Source of the DNA: Vermamoeba vermiformis
Lineage: Eukaryota
Length of the DNA stretch: 64,000 bases
Direction: 5' to 3'
Assembly: GCA_045837725.1 (NCBI GenBank)
Contig: JBEWZL010000127.1
Span: 124,001 to 188,000 of the forward strand
Below are positions 53,970-64,000 of this stretch, piece after piece. Made by a program: the position numbers and the translations under genes. The notes under the pieces were generated by a model. The model searched no databases. It was given only the letters and a program-made list of their open reading frames with translations, and was not told the origin of the DNA. Position 1 is the first letter of the stretch, and each line of letters starts with the position of its first letter.

Positions 53970-55735
53970 ATGGAGAACAACACGAAGCCAAAAAAATCAT
54001 TTTTTAAAGACAAGTTGTTCCTTGTTACTGGTGGCACTGGATTTTTGGGCCACCATCTTATTCCACTGGTATGATTGAAAGATCTAGATCCGATGGATTT
54101 TTATCAACATCTTACCATCGATATATTTTAATAATTACAAATTTTTGCGCGAATTTAATTTTATCGCTTTGTAATCGTTTTCCATATTTTTTGAATTAGA
54201 TCGGTTCAATATACAACGAACTATACAACCGCTTTTGACTTCCATGAATCATTGTTATTAACATTATTAATATTATTATAGCTTCTAAAAGATGGCGCAC
54301 GAGTGCGAGTTATTGCTCGTAGTGCTGACACAACTGGCGAGTTAGCTCAAGAAGGCGTTGAATTTGTTGCGGGATCTATCGCTGATAAACGTTCTATTTA
54401 CAAGGTACCTTAAATATATAGCATTATTTTCTATAAATATATATTTATTTCTATTTTATAAATTCGAAAAAAAGAAAACCGTCTGATCCAGGGCTAATTA
54501 AACTTTCGACTAAGCAGCTTTGATTATTTCTGCAATTTATTAAATTAATCTAATTATTATATATGTATATGCCAGGCATGTAAGGGAGTCGATGGCATCT
54601 TTCATTTGGCTGGTTCAGTCATTCACAGCAGATATTTTGAAAAAGAAGTTATCGAGACTAACGTAGTTGGCACGATGAATGTTATGGAGGCAGCAGCTAG
54701 TCTCAAGTAAGACCTATTAAAATTGAATATAGCCGACACCTTCATACTAATGAGTAATATTATTAAGGTTACGAGTTGTTTACGCATCCACGTCAGGTGT
54801 CGTTGGATGTCAACCTTACACGACCCCTTGGATCATTGCCACAGACGATCTAACGAAGAGCCCTTATTGCATTGATATTGTGAAGGGCTGGCCTTATTAT
54901 AAATCGAAGATGGGTATGCATTGCTAGCTTTTGAAAGTTACATCCGATCCAGTGACAGGTGACATCCACGAATTTCTCACACGTTTTCTTATACAGATGC
55001 GGAGATAAGAGCACTATCATATGCTAAAGAGCACCACTTTGATTTAATCGTCATGCGTCCTTCCATGATGTTAGGTCCCGGCGACATCCGTTTGAGATCC
55101 ACCTCAACGGTTTTGTCGTTCTTGCACAGAAAGCTTCCATTTACACCATGCGGAGGAGTTAGCTTTGTTGACATTCGTGACGCAGCTGAAGCATTTAAAA
55201 CAGCCATGGAGAAAGGTCCGTGTTTTCACCGTAGCAAAAAGTGCGCACGTGTCATTTGAGACAACAGCCTCACAGTTGTATAATATTTGACACGTGTCAT
55301 ACTCATTGCTCACTACGAGAGTGATGCCTAGCACAGTTTATTAACATTTCCTAATTAGGCAAGCCTTATGGCACGTACCTGTTGGCCTCCAAAAACTGCA
55401 GTCTCGATGAATGGTTCCGAATGTTAGAACATATTTCAGGAGTGCGAAGACCGATGTTAAAGTTACCCAGACAAGTCAGTATATGGGGCGCTAGACTATT
55501 AGACCTTTATCATCGCAAAATGAAAGACGAGTGGAATCCGTCGGTGGATCCGGTCAAGGCCGAGATGGCATGTCATTATTGGAACGCCGATAGTAACGCT
55601 GCTATTAGCGATTTAGGATTCAAGCCGAGATCTCCTACAGTCACTTTGAAAGACACAGTTGATTGGTTGAAAGCAAATGAAAAAAACTTGTTGCATCATC
55701 GCCCTCAAACCAAAAAATTGAACTCGAAATTGTAA
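53970..55735 (+). CDS. NAD-dependent epimerase/dehydratase (extended SDR, DFR/HpnA-like) with C-terminal PTS1
   Basis: LVTGGTGFLG, GVDGIFHLAG, TNVVGTMNV, VVYASTS, YYKSK (YxxxK), RPSMMLGPGD, SFVDIRDAAEA; ends NSKL-stop. Confidence 0.9.
55288..55299. other. Intronic palindrome TGACACGTGTCA (copy 4)
   Basis: In the last intron of the SDR gene; partial copy GCACGTGTCA at 55245-55254. Confidence 0.9.
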
Positions 55736-55756
55736 AATAAAAAACTTTTGTTTATC

Positions 55757-57865
55757 TTATAAATTGCAAGCGTGCGCCATTTTCTTGTATAAGACATAAT
55801 TATCGGCGGCTAATACAAGTATTTGGTCAAGTGCTAGTTGCAGCCTTGTCACTCGTTGAAGTTCCAGATCGATGGATCCGAGAACGATTCCTGCTCTCCA
55901 ATAGGTCATCTAAACAACATTAATAAACGGTGAAATAGAAGTCAATGAAGCATACGTACGTATATCTTGTAGTCATCAGCAACGAAAAGGATATTTCCGG
56001 TCGAGTTGAATGTGAGTGCTTTGATCTCCTTCTCAAATGACATTTTCACGGACCATGATTTGCGATCGAGATCATAAACAACGAGTCTAGAGTGTGACAC
56101 GAGAACTATCTTATCTATTGCAAGAACAAATGAGTAAATTTTGACATTTCAGATCCATGAAAAATATTTTGTTGACACGTGTCAAAGTGATGACACGTAA
56201 GTTTGACTTACTTTCTTTCGGTACCCATTGAAAATTATCAATCTTCGGTACGACTATTCTATTGTCAGTGTCGTTCAGATCCATTATAGCCGTATCCATG
56301 GATTCCATAGTGAACTGTATCCAATGTCTATTGACACCATTGACGCTTGTCACATGTTCCGTTACCAATTTTTGCACGGGGTCTTTCGTCGTAATGTTCA
56401 GGGCTGCTTGAAAGACCTTATTTTTATCGCTATTTGCATACGGTATCTCTTTGACGCTCTTTCCTGACTTCCAAACATCAATCTAAATTTAAGATTAGAA
56501 ATGCGTATCGTACGTAATAATAGTTCTTATTACCTTGTCGTCAAGGAAAAACAGTACCAAAGACGGATCTACGTGCGACGTGAATGCTCGATTGCAATGC
56601 CCATCTTTGCCTATCATTGCACACACCCTAATATTGTCTTAACATTTGCAATAATGTTATAATGATAGTTGAACTTACTCAGGGCGACATGGTGTTCGTA
56701 GATCCGTTATTTCATACTCCCATTTTGTCGTCTTATTAATGAGCTTTTGATGGTGCGCACATTTTTTGTTCAAATCAATCACGCCGTATTTTTTATCGTT
56801 GTTTTGTGCGCCTTCAAATGAATACTGAAAATCTTTTGCAGGGCTGATCCAGCTCACATATCTCGAGTTTAAGTCTTCGTAACTATAAGAACTAACTTGT
56901 GGTAATGCTGTTACACTAAATGGCAGCTTATTGATTGCATTATGCGAGGAATAATCCCATATAATCGTTCTATTAGGCTCTCGTACTAACATCCGTCCAT
57001 TTTCTTGGCAATAAAATAAGTCAAAAAATAATTATATAATAAAAATATTATTTTTTTATACCGTCTTGTGCGCCGAATAGAGCTGGAATGCGTTCATTCA
57101 GTTCAGCAAGACCTTTCACGATCTTGTACGAATCATCCTTGTTGGCTTTTTGATCGTAACAATCCATGTAGTATTTGAACCCTAGATCGTTGTCAAATGT
57201 ATATGGGCCATGATATTCGCCTGCATATCTTTCTTTGTACTGCAAAGGGCTGAATATTTTGACCGGATTCGCTTTGACTGGCGCGAGTTTTCCCGCCATC
57301 CTTCAAGTTAAAATTAGCGTTGAAAATCGACAATATAGATGACTTACTTAATGTCTACAGCTGATATAAATGCCTTGTATACAAAAAAGTGGTTCTTTTG
57401 GTTCAAAAAGCTCGCTTGACTTGAGAATTTCATATAGTAGGGCGAAGAATATTGATAGTAACAAGTCGTAATAGTTTTTTCGAAGTTCCTTTAAAAAGAA
57501 ATTAATATAATCACGATTATTTCGTCATTTAACCTTACCTCGACCATTTTTTAGCGTTGATTGAATTGATGCACTAAAATAACAATTGTTATTTATTTTA
57601 TTAATCTTCAAAAATTCTTAAAAAATAGTTTACGTACTAATTTGCGCCATTTTACTATCTGTGTGAGATTTAAACGCTTCTTATCGATGTAATCGAAATG
57701 TTGGACGAAGATCCGTTTCCAAATCTCCTTTGTGTCGAAGTAAACGTTCCAGTTCTTGCACACAAGTGATACATAAACAGTATCTTCCAACGAGAAATAC
57801 GAGAATATCTCAGTTGTGACTTCTGGTGGAAGTAAATCGTCAAAAAAGTTCCAAGGTATTTCCAT
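55757..57865 (-). CDS. F-box protein with beta-rich (propeller-like) C-terminal region
   Basis: FDDLLPPEVTTEIFSYFSLEDTVYVSLVCKNWNVYFDTKEIWKRIF; downstream exons rich in short beta-strand-like segments. Confidence 0.75.
56173..56184. other. Intronic palindrome TGACACGTGTCA (copy 5)
   Basis: In an F-box gene intron; extends to 14-bp TTGACACGTGTCAA; partial copy TGACACGT at 56191. Confidence 0.9.
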
Positions 57866-57895
57866 CAAAACACGTTTATATCAAAACACGTTTAT
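57864..57895. repeat. Perfect 16-bp tandem duplication ATCAAAACACGTTTAT x2
   Basis: Directly visible; abuts the start codon of the F-box gene at 57865. Confidence 0.85.
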
Positions 57896-58211
57896 GAGGG
57901 CTGGTTGATTCGATTCCAGCAGTAAACAAATAACTTCAAAAACATGTTCGAAATTGAACATTTGGGGACTCTGTGTGATTCAAAAATCTCAAATTATTCT
58001 GCAAGAGCATCCACGTTGTTTCACCATAATTGATCTCACTGGTTGATCGCTGGTTGATTCGGGTAAGCAATTATTTTTTACTTTAGTTAACTCGTACCTT
58101 AGTCCAACACTACGACGAACAAAGAAACAACTACGTTCCTTCCTCTGACGGCGTTTATGACAGCAATTCAATCCAACTAGATCCACTTTATTCCTTCGTA
58201 TACACCATTAT

Positions 58212-60743
58212 TTATGTAAGTCTTAATTTGTTCTTGAAGAATTTCCAATAATCGAGTGGTGCACCTCGTTGCCACGCTCCAGCGATTTTTGTTTCGTAAA
58301 TGACCCAAGCTGTCCCAAGTGCTACTGGACTCATCGAGCGCGGATCTATTAATCTGTTTTGAGTGGAATTGAAGTGTACTAACTGAAATATGGCTGTTTT
58401 GTGGTACTCTGGCTTCTCGATCCATTTCTTCGCAGTTTCCACGAACTGATTGGCCGGCAGTTCTGAATGCTCATAATCCTTATACGAATATATTATGCAA
58501 TATCTGTCAGTGTGCGTTAGAAATGAATTTAAATATGGCTTTGATATTTTTTTACCTCTGATTTTGGTCTTCGAACACGATCTGCGATAAAATTGACATC
58601 GTTTGACTTTTTTCTGCGATTGTCTTATTCAAATCTCCATGTTCCATATCCAGAATCTAAGAAGAAGAGTAATTAATAAAAGTTACTATTGTCCGAACTT
58701 TGTTTTCGTACCTCGTTTTTGCCTGTTGTCTCGATCTGCAAGACTTGAATGGGCGCCTCGAGGTCTTCATCTCTGAAGCTCAAAATATGTGCGTATGAAG
58801 TGCCCAAGCAGGCATAAGTACCGTTTGATAGCTATCAGAAAATAATGAATTAGAAATCCGATTCAATTTAAATTTCACCAAATAAGGAAGTGGTTACGTT
58901 TTCCGGTAATTCAAAGGCGCTAAATACGCTGCAGTATGTTATTATTGCTTACTTGAGATATTTCGGGAGTATTCCAGCCAGGCATTGTTATGTGCCCTAA
59001 AATTTGGCACTCGGGTTTGGACGAAGAAACGTCAACTAGCAATAATCTTGTTCCATTAAGATGGAGCCAAAGCAATCCATCGAATACTTTCATGCCAGTT
59101 ACCGCCTAAAAATTGTAACGGTTGAGTTTTCGAAAGTTAGATCATGCGAATTTGTCTCGACTTACAAGCATATTTTCGCTAATTTTATACTCCGTTCGCT
59201 CTTTAGTTAGAATATCGTATTTAATAAGGCCTCTATGCGTTGCTGCCCATAACTAAACAATGGATGCGGTTAATTATTGAATGCGCTGGGATTAGGCCGA
59301 AAGAATGTTTTGTACTAACCTTGGTTCCAGCAATTGTTGCGTATGAGGCTTGTTCTTCGAGTAATACTTCCTTTCCTTGAAGCACATCCACAACACGAAC
59401 ACTGCCTCCTTGCTAAAAATAGGTTAGCCAGATCCGCTGTTAAAATATACTTATGGTGTTCTTACGACAGAGCGCATGACCAACTTATCTCCATGAAATT
59501 TCAAAATTATAATGTTAGTCCTGTCATCGTACTTTTTCTCGAATATTTTTGAGCCAGTACGCAGATCGAAGACGTGAATGATTTTCTCTCTAAAAACAAT
59601 AGCAAACATCAATATAATTTAACCAGATAAATGAATTTAAATACTGACTCCCCAGCCCAGTTGCACAGCGCAATAAGTGAGCTGTTTGGATCTTCATTTC
59701 GAGTGACCGAAACCACTATTCTAAGTGTTATTGATGTTTGATTTATCATCAAAAGACATTAAACACTTACTTCCATAATTAAGGGTTGATATCGAAATCT
59801 GTTTATCAAGCTCTACATCTGAGGCGTACGGATCGAACGTCGTGTAAGGCGTTACATGTTCACCGGAAAATTCTAGATCATTCTAATAATTGTTCGTTAT
59901 ATTAGCTGCAGCATACTTGCAAATGAAGACTTACTGTCTGAATAATAAACTCGTTGAAAAGTTCTAGTTTTGCGAGCGAATACTTCTGGATTCGACCTAA
60001 TTAATTGACAATTCTCATCCAATAATTAATAGCATTACATTGACTATTGTGCGCGTTTCAGCGTCCCATAATTCAGTGCCAAGGTGAGTCGTGTTTTGGT
60101 ATGAATACCTTTTTTTCATTGTTAGATCGGGTTTTTCGTGACTTAATACTCTTGTCTTACCCTTGCATTTCAACCATATCCCATGTAATTAAGCAGTACT
60201 TGTCATTGGATGTCTTATTGCGCAATGTTATAGTTGTATATTGCTTAGATGTTGCACACCGAGTGCCCAAAGTGTATTGCACGCAGCTGTTTCAAAAAAA
60301 ATTAAAGACCACAAATCAAGCAAAAGAAACAATTCAAATTCTGATGCTGCTCGATAATTACCGGTTTTTAATGATATTTCTCTTTGTTTCTAAGTGCTTT
60401 TTTGCAAACTGACGCCAACGAACATCTTTTTGAGAGGAAGAAAAATGGTGCGGGAGTGAATTAAAAATTGCTTCCTGTTGGGCGATGAATAAATATTAGA
60501 TTTAATTATTGGTAATAAAATATTAAACAAAAATAATCTGAATAAATTTTATTTCACCCTGATCGAACGCACAAAATCGAAAATAAAGAAAGATAATTGA
60601 ATAGAACGTACCTTCCAAACACTATCATAATTTGCGAAAGTGTTCCACGTTGAATTGACGCAAACAACACTTGTCAGATCGGTGCAGCTCAGCAACGAGA
60701 ATATAGACGTTAAAAGTTCTGTTGGTAGCGTTGCCCAATCCAT
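58212..60743 (-). CDS. F-box protein with beta-rich C-terminal region
   Basis: MDWATLPTELLTSIFSLLSCTDLTSVVCVNSTWNTFANYDSVWK followed by many short exons; 3' end tentative. Confidence 0.7.
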
Positions 60744-61022
60744 TTGAATTCAAAGTAACGTGACGTATGGTCTTGCACTCAACTCGTTTGAACGTAAAAG
60801 GCCAGAAAAAATGGACAAAAGTTTTCTCAACTTTCAAAAGGCCATTCAAAAATAGAACAGGCACAAGGATAGGATAGTATTATATGCTCAAGGGAGTATT
60901 GTATACCACGAATAGGCAACTGTTAAATGAGCACTTACATCGTTTGTAAAAAAGAAATTGCGATTTTCAAGTTTTAATTTCTTGCTGTAAAATACATAGA
61001 ATTCAAAATTGTTTCTAATTGC

Positions 61023-63057
61023 TTACAAGAGCAATATTAGAGTCATTGAAGCACTGAACAAAACGCCAGTTTCGCCGAGAATCTGTCGCTGGCGGTACTC
61101 AGCGTCAGTGCGGTCGGAGTTGGTGTATTGATCCCAGTATTCGTTGATTGACCACGCACTTCAACACCTGTGGGACGAGTGCTGATCTGTTTGATATATG
61201 GATCAATGTCTTCGAGGCCTTTTGTCAGACTATCTTTCGTCTCGTCTTCGTTCTGTTTCAGATCGTTGAACAGATCACTATTGAGGCACACTAGTTAGCG
61301 ATGCTAATTACCAATTATCTCAAATATTAGTACCTAATAACTTGCACGGCATCCTTTTCCGTCATATCTGATAGTTGTAAATGTTAGCGGTAAGTTGTGA
61401 GCATTCAACTAATGTGTTTAGGTAACTTACTCGTAGGATTATTGATCGTGATGATTAGTATGTAAGTTGGAGGTTGAGTTGTCGAGTTAATTGTGACTGT
61501 CACATTGATGCGCGACGGATCGATGTCGTATCTAATGAGAAATTAGTAAAAACATTACCACGATGCAAATGACATACTTTTCAGCGATATTATTGATTAT
61601 GATTTGCACGTCGCTATTGGTCAAATTAGCAGATGTTGACAGCTCAATCTCAAGTGAAGGTGCTTTGGGACATTGCAATCGAGTGGCATTTAGCAAGTCT
61701 ACTGTCAAGTTGAACGAACCAAGGAGCCAGGAGAACGAGCTGAGTGATGTCAAGGGTGATGTTTGTGATGTACGGAGAGAGTGGATATGTCAAGCTCTTG
61801 CCAGCAGAGAACAGTGTTGGTCTCGTAGTCTGAACGGCACGAAAGATGTCAGTTTCAATATGACACGTGTCAAAGGCGTCACAATAAAACTTACACCAAA
61901 GTTAGAAGGAATGAACGAATTGTATTTGCCATATGGTATCGTTTGTTGAAAGCCATCGAGGTTGTCGTAGCTAAGATACAGCTTCACGGTACTACTGTCA
62001 AGCACATCCAAGCAGTCCAGTGAAGGATTGACACGCGGAACAAACTCGCTTGGTATCGCTTCACACGACACACTCACAGGTGATGTTGGTTTGTATCCAT
62101 CAGCACACTTGCATTTGTCACTGCAGAATGATCCACCGTCACATTGTTCTGTGCCTGTCACGATGCCATCGCCACATACTGCACAAAATTTAGTCCGACG
62201 AAACACAAACAAAGGATTAATTCACGAGCCTTACCATCGATGCATTTTCCGTTGACAGACTTTCGTTCCCAATTTGCACCTGCATTCTGCGGTACAGCCA
62301 TAAGTTCGTTCACATTGCTCGCTCCCAGTGATTATGCCATTGCCGCACACTAACAAGAGATTAGAACGGTAAGCTTGGGAAATTTCAAATTCTCGAATGC
62401 GCGTACCATCCACGCAAAGGCCATTCTGACTCAGGGTTCCTGGAGCACACGTGCAATTGTTCAAACAAGACGTCGTGCTGTCACATTGTTCCGCTCCAGA
62501 GACAAGTTGATCGCCACAAACTGCGAAAAAATTAGTAAAAAAATCACGGGAGAATTTTTTTTGAGATCTGTTGCACACTTACTTGCAGGACAAGGATCAC
62601 AGTTAGTATCGCCCTTTGCAGCGTACCAATCACCAACTCTTGACGCACAGTAGTCGTAGCAGAGCTCGCAGCATTCAAAGCATTTCTTGGTATCGGATGG
62701 ACCGAATGGAGGATCAACGGAGTTACAATCAGTGTCGCTATTGCACGCTTGCAGTACCCAGCACGGTGATGTGTAGTTGATTCGTTCAAAGCCTCCTCCT
62801 CCTCGGCAAAAGCTGGCCAGATCTTTGTTTCGTTTCGGACAAACTAACTGCCAGGTATTGAATACTTGATCCACGCATGCGGTATTTGATACATCTACTG
62901 GAGCATATGCACAGACTTTAGCGGGAATTGTGCTCGCGTAATTGCTACAGAGCGAGCCAGAAATTCCGGATGTAGGTTGGCAAGTCTTTTGCGCGCTAGC
63001 TACTGTCACTAAAACAACTAAATACAATATAAATGAGCACATTGTTGCATTCGGCAT
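61023..63057 (-). CDS. Secreted cysteine-rich surface protein with three CGDG...EQCD repeats (DUF4215/Myxococcus Cys-rich type), probable GPI anchor
   Basis: Signal peptide FILYLVVLVTVASA; Cys-rich domain; VCGDQLVSGAEQCD, VCGNGIITGSEQCE, VCGDGIVTGTEQCDG; T/P stalk; hydrophobic tail VLFSASMTLILLL-stop in a shifted frame (indel). Confidence 0.75.
61861..61872. other. Intronic palindrome TGACACGTGTCA (copy 6)
   Basis: In intron 61830-61894 of the Cys-rich surface protein gene. Confidence 0.9.
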
Positions 63058-63811
63058 CAAAAAAATGAGTTAACTAGCTTACCAAAAAATTAAAACTGAT
63101 TTCGTTTCGTCCACTCGTCACTTGTTCTCTCGGTCAAATTGTGACAGTTCTCGTCCAGTGTTCGAATGCTTTTAAATTTCGATGCTATCGTTCAATTAAA
63201 CAGCTCAGTACCAATTGAAACAAGCCTGTTGCGTTCTTAAGACCTTCGGTTGCGATCCGATTGTCGAGAAACTAGGCAACAATAATATGTTAGCGACAAG
63301 ATAAAGCTATATTGAGCCTCGTAATTATATAGGTAAATGAATATATGATGTCGTTAGCGCGTTAAATACTAGACATTGTTATCACACTCAATGTGACGCG
63401 AGGTTTTTGAATCACAATTAAAACGGTTCTTTTTGCGTACCTTTTTCTCTTTATCTGTTGAACATATTGAAGACAAAGGCTAGTATGGCGCTTTAAACGA
63501 TTGTACACTTAGCTAGTTTCGCAAAGTACGAGATGTCGGAGAGGGTAAGTAGATCTTCGCTCAAAAGCCTGGTAATAGTCAGCTGCACAATTCACTCTAA
63601 ATAATTAACAAGTAATTAATATAATTTTTTAGTAATTTTACTACACGAATTAGCTCACCAAATCTAAAGATCCAAATTTTTTGGATTTAGGAGGGAAAGC
63701 CAACTTGATTGCTCGAGCTTCTATTTATTTTTTAAATATACTTCATTCTTCAATGCTTGCTAAAAATTGTCGCGTCGCCGAATTTGTGGTTGGTTACGTA
63801 AAATACAATTT

Positions 63812-64000
63812 TTAATGCTTCTCTTTGTCTTTTTGATTCTTGCTCCGACTATCGACGAGCATATAGGCACCAGCCAATGCAGCAATGACGAGAGCCACTT
63901 TTCCTAAGTGCTTAAACGAATTATCTTCTTGAAGTAATTGCTGCCTTGGTTGCGCGTTGTAGCCATCTAATATTGCCTTAATTGTAGTAGCTACTTTCTT
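63812..64000 (-). CDS. 3' end of a gene encoding a tail-anchored membrane protein (partial)
   Basis: Open frame from the window edge: ...LGKVALVIAALAGAYMLVDSRSKNQKDKEKH-stop. Confidence 0.55.
   Translation of the reverse strand, partial: KKVATTIKAILDGYNAQPRQQLLQEDNSFKHLGKVALVIAALAGAYMLVDSRSKNQKDKEKH

Overview
Gene-dense eukaryotic chromosome segment with standard genetic code and many short GT-AG spliceosomal introns, often with CTAAC/CTGAC branch points. An amoebozoan-like protist is my inference from intron style and a Cbl/SHK-type EF-SH2 module. About 25 intron-split protein genes can be reconstructed. Housekeeping genes: SNF2-family ATPase 3' end, R3H protein, SUA5, SET methyltransferase, TRAP-beta, PIG-F, ribokinase, JmjC, enolase and an SKL-ending extended SDR. 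Lineage-specific genes: five F-box genes, a tandem pseudokinase present in two inverted copies, GPI-type surface proteins and a GT-A glycosyltransferase. The most unusual items are: (1) a Cbl-TKB-like EF-hand/SH2 protein fused through a Tyr-rich linker and a charged helical repeat to a villin headpiece, next to a WIP/verprolin-like gene with its WASP-binding motif at the N-terminus; (2) an F-box/LRR/ankyrin paralog pair in which one copy carries a 22-FG nucleoporin-like insertion; (3) a 12-bp palindrome TGACACGTGTCA seen six times, always inside introns. Scattered 1-bp frameshifts in otherwise intact genes look like assembly indel errors. Gene coordinates run from start to stop codon, include introns and were reconstructed by eye. 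No tRNA, rRNA, CRISPR or transposase was recognised.
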